A stretch of DNA of 2,799 nucleotides, from the NCBI RefSeq assembly GCF_003334355.1, contig NZ_QOWP01000071.1; one strand, written 5' to 3'. How positions within the stretch are numbered: position 1 is the stretch's first letter; every line of letters starts with the position of its first letter. The notes beneath the pieces are model-generated. The model was not told the DNA's origin, did no database searches, and was given only the letters and a program-made list of their open reading frames with translations. Source of the DNA: Escherichia coli. Lineage in GTDB: Bacteria; Pseudomonadota; Gammaproteobacteria; Enterobacterales; Enterobacteriaceae. A program made the translations under genes and the position numbers. Positions 1 through 2,799 of this stretch are shown in pieces.

Positions 1-62
1 AATCGGTGGAGCTGCATGACAAAGTCATCGGGCATTATCTGAACATAAAACACTATCAATAA
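1..62 (+). CDS. insB: IS1 transposase InsB, C-terminal fragment (5' part lies outside the window)
   Basis: In-frame codons 3..59 followed by TAA at 60-62; peptide [20 protein letters not shown] matches the remembered InsB C-terminus. No start codon in window. Confidence 0.85.
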   Translation, partial: SVELHDKVIGHYLNIKHYQ

Positions 63-77
63 GTTGGAGTCATTACC
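55..77 (+). repeat. IS1 terminal inverted repeat (IRR), about 23 bp
   Basis: atcaataagttggagtcattacc is the reverse complement of the canonical IS1 end GGTAATGACTCCAACTTATTGAT; an exact inverted copy lies at 2669-2691. Confidence 0.9.
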
Positions 78-275
78 AGAAAATCGTTGTCCGTTAACTT
101 CCATATTAGCATAGAGATAACGCTTACATTTCATTAATGCCCATGGTAAATAGATACCTAGCGTTATAATCGTTAACAACACATTCACCACACAAATAAG
201 AAAATATCTCTCACCTGTACCATGAAAAACAAACGAATGGGACGGAACATCCATTTCATTAATAACTTGAGCCAT
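78..275 (-). pseudogene. yjgN: 5' fragment (66 codons) of an inner-membrane protein gene, probably yjgN (DUF898-type), truncated by the IS1 insertion at 77/78
   Basis: Minus-strand ATG at 273-275 opens a frame MAQVINEMDVPSHSFVFHGTGERYFLICVVNVLLTIITLGIYLPWALMKCKRYLYANMEVNGQRFS with a clear hydrophobic helix (YFLICVVNVLLTIITLGIYLPWAL). It runs without a stop straight into the IS1 repeat (..RFS|[13 protein letters not shown]..). Position divergent from yjgM fits the K-12 order argI-rraB-yjgM-yjgN as I recall it. Missing from the supplied ORF track, presumably because it has no stop in the window. Confidence 0.6.
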
Positions 276-285
276 AAAAATTCCC

Positions 286-311
286 TGAATTAAAAAATTC
301 ATTGATATAAT
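286..311 (+). promoter_or_regulatory. Candidate sigma70 extended -10 element (TGaTATAAT, 303-311) directly preceded by a TGAAT-N6-ATTCA palindrome (286-301) in the yjgN/yjgM divergent control region
   Basis: Exact TG-n-TATAAT at 303-311 on the + strand, oriented towards yjgM; no good -35, as is common for extended -10 promoters. A second perfect TATAAT lies at 437-442, 25 bp upstream of the yjgM ATG. Assignment is by sequence pattern only. Confidence 0.3.
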
Positions 312-467
312 TTATAGATACAGACAGTAAAATGTTCTGCCACGTTACAATACTCTTATCAGTAATAGGCTAGCAAAAACTTTATTGCTTTATAAGACGC
401 TTGCGCACGTAAGAAGAGAGTGGTATTAAACAAATGTATAATTACTTTATTTTTATTGGGTTAAACT

Positions 468-971
468 ATGAATAACATTGCGCCGCAATCACCTGTAATG
501 CGTCGCCTGACGTTGCAGGATAATCCTGCTATCGCCCGCGTCATTCGTCAGGTATCCGCCGAATACGGTCTTACCGCTGATAAAGGCTACACCGTCGCCG
601 ATCCGAATCTTGACGAGCTGTATCAAGTGTATAGTCAGCCTGGTCATGCATATTGGGTGGTTGAGTACGAGGGTGAAGTGGTCGGCGGCGGTGGGATTGC
701 GCCATTAGCAGGTAGTGAATCGGACATTTGCGAACTGCAAAAGATGTATTTTCTTCCGGCTATTCGCGGTAAAGGGCTGGCGAAAAAACTGGCCTTAATG
801 GCGATGGAGCAAGCACGAGAGATGGGCTTCAAACGCTGCTATCTGGAAACGACCGCTTTTTTAAAGGAAGCCATTGCGCTTTATGAGCATTTGGGCTTTG
901 AGCATATCGACTATGCGCTTGGCTGCACGGGCCATGTCGATTGTGAAGTGCGGATGCTACGCGAACTCTAA
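468..971 (+). CDS. yjgM: GNAT-family N-acetyltransferase (YjgM-like), 167 aa
   Basis: Complete ORF ATG 468 to TAA 969-971. Contains the GNAT acetyl-CoA-binding signature R-x-x-G-x-G ([10 protein letters not shown]) and the overall motif order expected for a GNAT fold. Length and position next to rraB match E. coli yjgM as recalled. Confidence 0.9.
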   Translation: MNNIAPQSPVMRRLTLQDNPAIARVIRQVSAEYGLTADKGYTVADPNLDELYQVYSQPGHAYWVVEYEGEVVGGGGIAPLAGSESDICELQKMYFLPAIRGKGLAKKLALMAMEQAREMGFKRCYLETTAFLKEAIALYEHLGFEHIDYALGCTGHVDCEVRMLREL

Positions 972-972
972 A

Positions 973-1006
973 AAAATGCCCGCTAGTGTGTGCTATCGGG
1001 CATTTT
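973..1006. terminator. Bidirectional intrinsic terminator between convergent yjgM and rraB
   Basis: Perfect inverted repeat AAAATGCCCG (973-982) / CGGGCATTTT (997-1006) around a 14-nt loop; the A-run on one side and T-run on the other give a U-tail in both transcription directions. Lies in the 45-bp gap between the two stop codons (971 and 1017). Confidence 0.7.
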
Positions 1007-1016
1007 AATCAATTAA

Positions 1017-1433
1017 TTAGTGGCGAACCCCGTCATCGTCTTCATCGACAAAATCTTCATCGTCGCCGTCTTCGCCATTGGGATCTTCAAAGTAAGTGCC
1101 CCAACCGTCGTACTCAACGTCAAATTTCTCCGCCAGCGTCATCAGTTGTTCAACCTGGGCATCGATCAGATCGGCATTCAACGCGCACTCGCTGAGGATG
1201 TCGCAGCAAATCACGATATCACCATCTTCAACTTCCAGCTCTTCTGGATCGGTCACTTCGTAACCGAGTTTAAACGCTTCAACTGCTGCTTTTTCCAGGG
1301 TTTCCAGATCGTCTGCGGAAAGATGGTGTTCGATGGTGTACAGCGCGTCCGGATCGCTGCCATCTTCCAGTAATTCTTCAATAATCAAACGTGTTTCTTC
1401 ACGCTGTTCTTCCAGTTGTTCCGGGTTTGCCAT
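1017..1433 (-). CDS. rraB: RraB, regulator of ribonuclease (RNase E) activity B; highly acidic 138-aa protein
   Basis: Complete minus-strand ORF (ATG at 1431-1433, TAA at 1017-1019) encoding [29 protein letters not shown]...[15 protein letters not shown], very rich in D/E. Preceded on the minus strand by AAGAGGAA, a good SD, about 6 nt from the ATG. Recognised as RraB (YjgD) by sequence and by position next to argI. Confidence 0.93.
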
Positions 1434-1530
1434 GGCTCATTCCTCTTAATGTCCTGCCGATACTCTTATTGTCACACACCACTGACATTGCCTCCACCTT
1501 TGTGACAAAGATTTATGCTTTAGACTTGCA

Positions 1531-1569
1531 AATGAATAATCATCCATATAAATTGAATTTTAATTCATT
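1531..1569 (+). promoter_or_regulatory. ArgR operator: two tandem ARG boxes overlapping the argI promoter
   Basis: Box 2 at 1552-1569 (ATTGAATTTTAATTCATT) fits the 18-bp ARG-box consensus TNTGAATWWWWATTCANW almost perfectly. Box 1 at 1531-1548 (AATGAATAATCATCCATA) is a weaker match, separated by 3 bp. This is the classic arrangement for arginine-regulon operators; a TTGCAA -35-like hexamer lies at 1526-1531. Confidence 0.85.
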
Positions 1570-1583
1570 GAGGCGTTAGCCAC

Positions 1584-1589
1584 AGGAGG
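1584..1589 (+). promoter_or_regulatory. Shine-Dalgarno sequence of argI
   Basis: AGGAGG at 1584-1589, 5 nt upstream of the ATG at 1595. Confidence 0.8.
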
Positions 1590-1594
1590 GATCT

Positions 1595-2599
1595 ATGTCC
1601 GGGTTTTATCATAAGCATTTCCTGAAATTACTCGATTTCACGCCAGCTGAACTCAACAGCCTGTTGCAGTTAGCCGCGAAGCTGAAAGCCGATAAGAAAA
1701 GCGGTAAAGAAGAAGCCAAACTCACTGGTAAAAACATCGCGCTCATCTTCGAAAAAGACTCGACTCGTACCCGATGCTCTTTCGAAGTTGCCGCATATGA
1801 CCAGGGTGCTCGTGTTACTTATCTCGGCCCAAGCGGCAGCCAGATTGGTCATAAAGAGTCGATTAAAGACACTGCCCGCGTGCTTGGTCGCATGTATGAC
1901 GGTATTCAGTATCGCGGCTATGGTCAGGAGATTGTCGAAACACTGGCGGAATACGCTGGCGTGCCGGTATGGAACGGCCTGACCAATGAGTTTCACCCCA
2001 CGCAGCTGCTGGCGGATCTTCTCACCATGCAGGAGCATTTGCCCGGCAAAGCATTCAACGAAATGACGCTGGTCTATGCAGGTGACGCGCGTAACAACAT
2101 GGGAAACTCGATGCTCGAAGCTGCGGCGCTTACCGGTCTGGATTTGCGTCTGGTCGCGCCACAGGCATGCTGGCCGGAAGCTGCGCTGGTTACGGAATGC
2201 CGCGCCCTGGCACAGCAAAATGGCGGGAATATTACGCTGACGGAAGATGTAGCCAAAGGAGTAGAAGGTGCTGACTTTATCTATACCGATGTATGGGTGT
2301 CGATGGGGGAAGCAAAAGAGAAATGGGCGGAACGGATTGCATTGCTGCGTGATTATCAGGTGAATAACAAGATGATGCAGTTGACCGGTAACCCGGAGGT
2401 CAAATTCCTCCACTGCCTGCCCGCGTTTCATGACGACCAGACGACGCTTGGTAAGAAAATGGCGGAAGAGTTTGGCCTACATGGCGGAATGGAAGTGACT
2501 GATGAGGTCTTCGAATCTGCCGCCAGCATTGTTTTTGATCAGGCGGAAAACCGCATGCATACCATCAAAGCGGTGATGGTCGCGACGCTCAGTAAATAA
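1595..2599 (+). CDS. argI: Ornithine carbamoyltransferase (anabolic OTCase), 334 aa
   Basis: Complete ORF with the OTCase catalytic signatures: STRTR carbamoyl-phosphate motif ([12 protein letters not shown]), HPTQ, DVWVSMG and HCLP ornithine-binding motifs. N-terminus [15 protein letters not shown] matches my recollection of E. coli ArgI rather than ArgF; upstream ARG boxes and rraB/yjgM synteny support argI. Confidence 0.95.
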   Translation: MSGFYHKHFLKLLDFTPAELNSLLQLAAKLKADKKSGKEEAKLTGKNIALIFEKDSTRTRCSFEVAAYDQGARVTYLGPSGSQIGHKESIKDTARVLGRMYDGIQYRGYGQEIVETLAEYAGVPVWNGLTNEFHPTQLLADLLTMQEHLPGKAFNEMTLVYAGDARNNMGNSMLEAAALTGLDLRLVAPQACWPEAALVTECRALAQQNGGNITLTEDVAKGVEGADFIYTDVWVSMGEAKEKWAERIALLRDYQVNNKMMQLTGNPEVKFLHCLPAFHDDQTTLGKKMAEEFGLHGGMEVTDEVFESAASIVFDQAENRMHTIKAVMVATLSK

Positions 2600-2615
2600 T
2601 TGATATCGCTATAAA

Positions 2616-2657
2616 GATGCCGGGAAATACAAAAACATCCCGGCATCACATTATTTT
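2616..2657 (+). terminator. Rho-independent terminator of argI
   Basis: Perfect 10-bp stem GATGCCGGGA (2616-2625) / TCCCGGCATC (2638-2647) with a 12-nt loop, followed by a T-rich tract (ACATTATTTTATG), 17 bp after the argI stop. Confidence 0.8.
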
Positions 2658-2668
2658 ATGCAGTGATA

Positions 2669-2691
2669 GGTAATGACTCCAACTTATTGAT
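2669..2691 (-). repeat. IS1 terminal inverted repeat (IRR)
   Basis: ggtaatgactccaacttattgat, identical to the reverse complement of 55-77. Confidence 0.9.
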
Positions 2692-2799
2692 AGTGTTTTA
2701 TGTTCAGATAATGTCCGATGATTTTGTCATGCAGCTCCACCGATTTTGAGAACGACAGCGACTTCCGTCCCAGCCGTGCCAGGTGCTGCCTCAGATTCA
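2684..2799 (-). CDS. insB: IS1 transposase InsB, C-terminal fragment (variant allele; 5' part outside the window)
   Basis: Minus-strand frame ends ...[16 protein letters not shown] with the stop at 2684-2686; it differs from the left copy by V->I plus one synonymous change. Confidence 0.85.
   Translation of the reverse strand, partial: NLRQHLARLGRKSLSFSKSVELHDKIIGHYLNIKHYQ

Larger units (their letters stand above)
1..77 (+). mobile_element. IS1 insertion sequence, right (insB-proximal) end; element continues beyond the window start
   Basis: Positions 1-62 translate (frame starting at 3) to ...[20 protein letters not shown], which I recognise as the InsB C-terminus; 55-77 is the reverse complement of the IS1 terminal repeat GGTAATGACTCCAACTTATTGAT. 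The same 77 bp recur in reverse complement at 2669-2745 with 2 mismatches. Confidence 0.93.
2669..2799 (-). mobile_element. IS1 insertion sequence, right (insB-proximal) end, inverted relative to the copy at 1-77; element continues beyond the window end
   Basis: 2669-2745 is the reverse complement of 1-77 with 2 substitutions (at 2714 and 2722); 2746-2799 continues as IS1/insB sequence (..gagaacgacagcgacttccgtcccagccgtgccaggtgctgcctcagattca). Confidence 0.93.

Noticed and set aside
286-301. Reading the TGAAT...ATTCA palindrome upstream of yjgM as a genuine ARG box
   Set aside because: The centre spacer is 6 bp, not the 4 bp of the ARG-box consensus, and there is no tandem second box; kept only as a low-interest palindrome finding.
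986-1373. Plus-strand ORFs of 69 aa (986-1195) and 117 aa (1020-1373) opposite rraB
   Set aside because: They mirror the rraB coding sequence on the opposite strand; the arginine- and histidine-rich or hydrophobic translations are what antisense of an acidic GA-rich gene produces. The 62-aa ORF at 644-832 (-) inside yjgM is likewise a shadow ORF.
1391-1579. 62-aa plus-strand ORF spanning the rraB start and the argI operator
   Set aside because: It overlaps the rraB 5' end and the ArgR operator/promoter, has no ribosome-binding site, and ends just before the true argI SD; better explained as non-coding control region.
1670-2431. 253-aa minus-strand ORF fully inside argI
   Set aside because: Antisense shadow ORF within a strongly supported conserved gene; no start context or recognisable motifs, low-complexity composition. 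The shorter ORFs at 1788-1982 (+, out of frame) and 2074-2256 (-) are rejected for the same reason.
1595-2599. Possibility that the OTCase gene is argF (the IS1-flanked paralogue in K-12) rather than argI
   Set aside because: The N-terminus and the neighbours (rraB and yjgM immediately upstream) match the argI locus as I recall it, and K-12 argF has different neighbours. The two paralogues are very similar, so this rests on memory and synteny; an alignment to both would settle it.
1-2799. CRISPR arrays, tRNA/rRNA genes, integrase/att sites or toxin-antitoxin pairs
   Set aside because: No direct-repeat/spacer periodicity, no cloverleaf-like or rRNA-like segments, and every substantial ORF is accounted for by yjgN', yjgM, rraB, argI or IS1 insB.

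Overview
This window is a piece of an Escherichia/Shigella-type chromosome carrying the argI neighbourhood: a truncated yjgN on the minus strand, yjgM (GNAT acetyltransferase), rraB (acidic RNase E regulator) and argI (ornithine carbamoyltransferase) with its ArgR operator, SD and terminator. The notable feature is that this ~2.6-kb block (78-2668) is bracketed by the insB-proximal ends of two IS1 copies in inverted orientation (1-77 on +, 2669-2799 on -). The left copy cuts the neighbouring membrane-protein gene after codon 66. The two IS1 ends differ at 2 of 77 comparable bases, so they are distinct isoforms. I see no CRISPR, tRNA or rRNA and no evidence of a novel defence or biosynthetic system; the genes are well-known housekeeping genes and the interest lies in the IS1 architecture. 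All gene identities are from reading the translations and recalled synteny, not from a database search.
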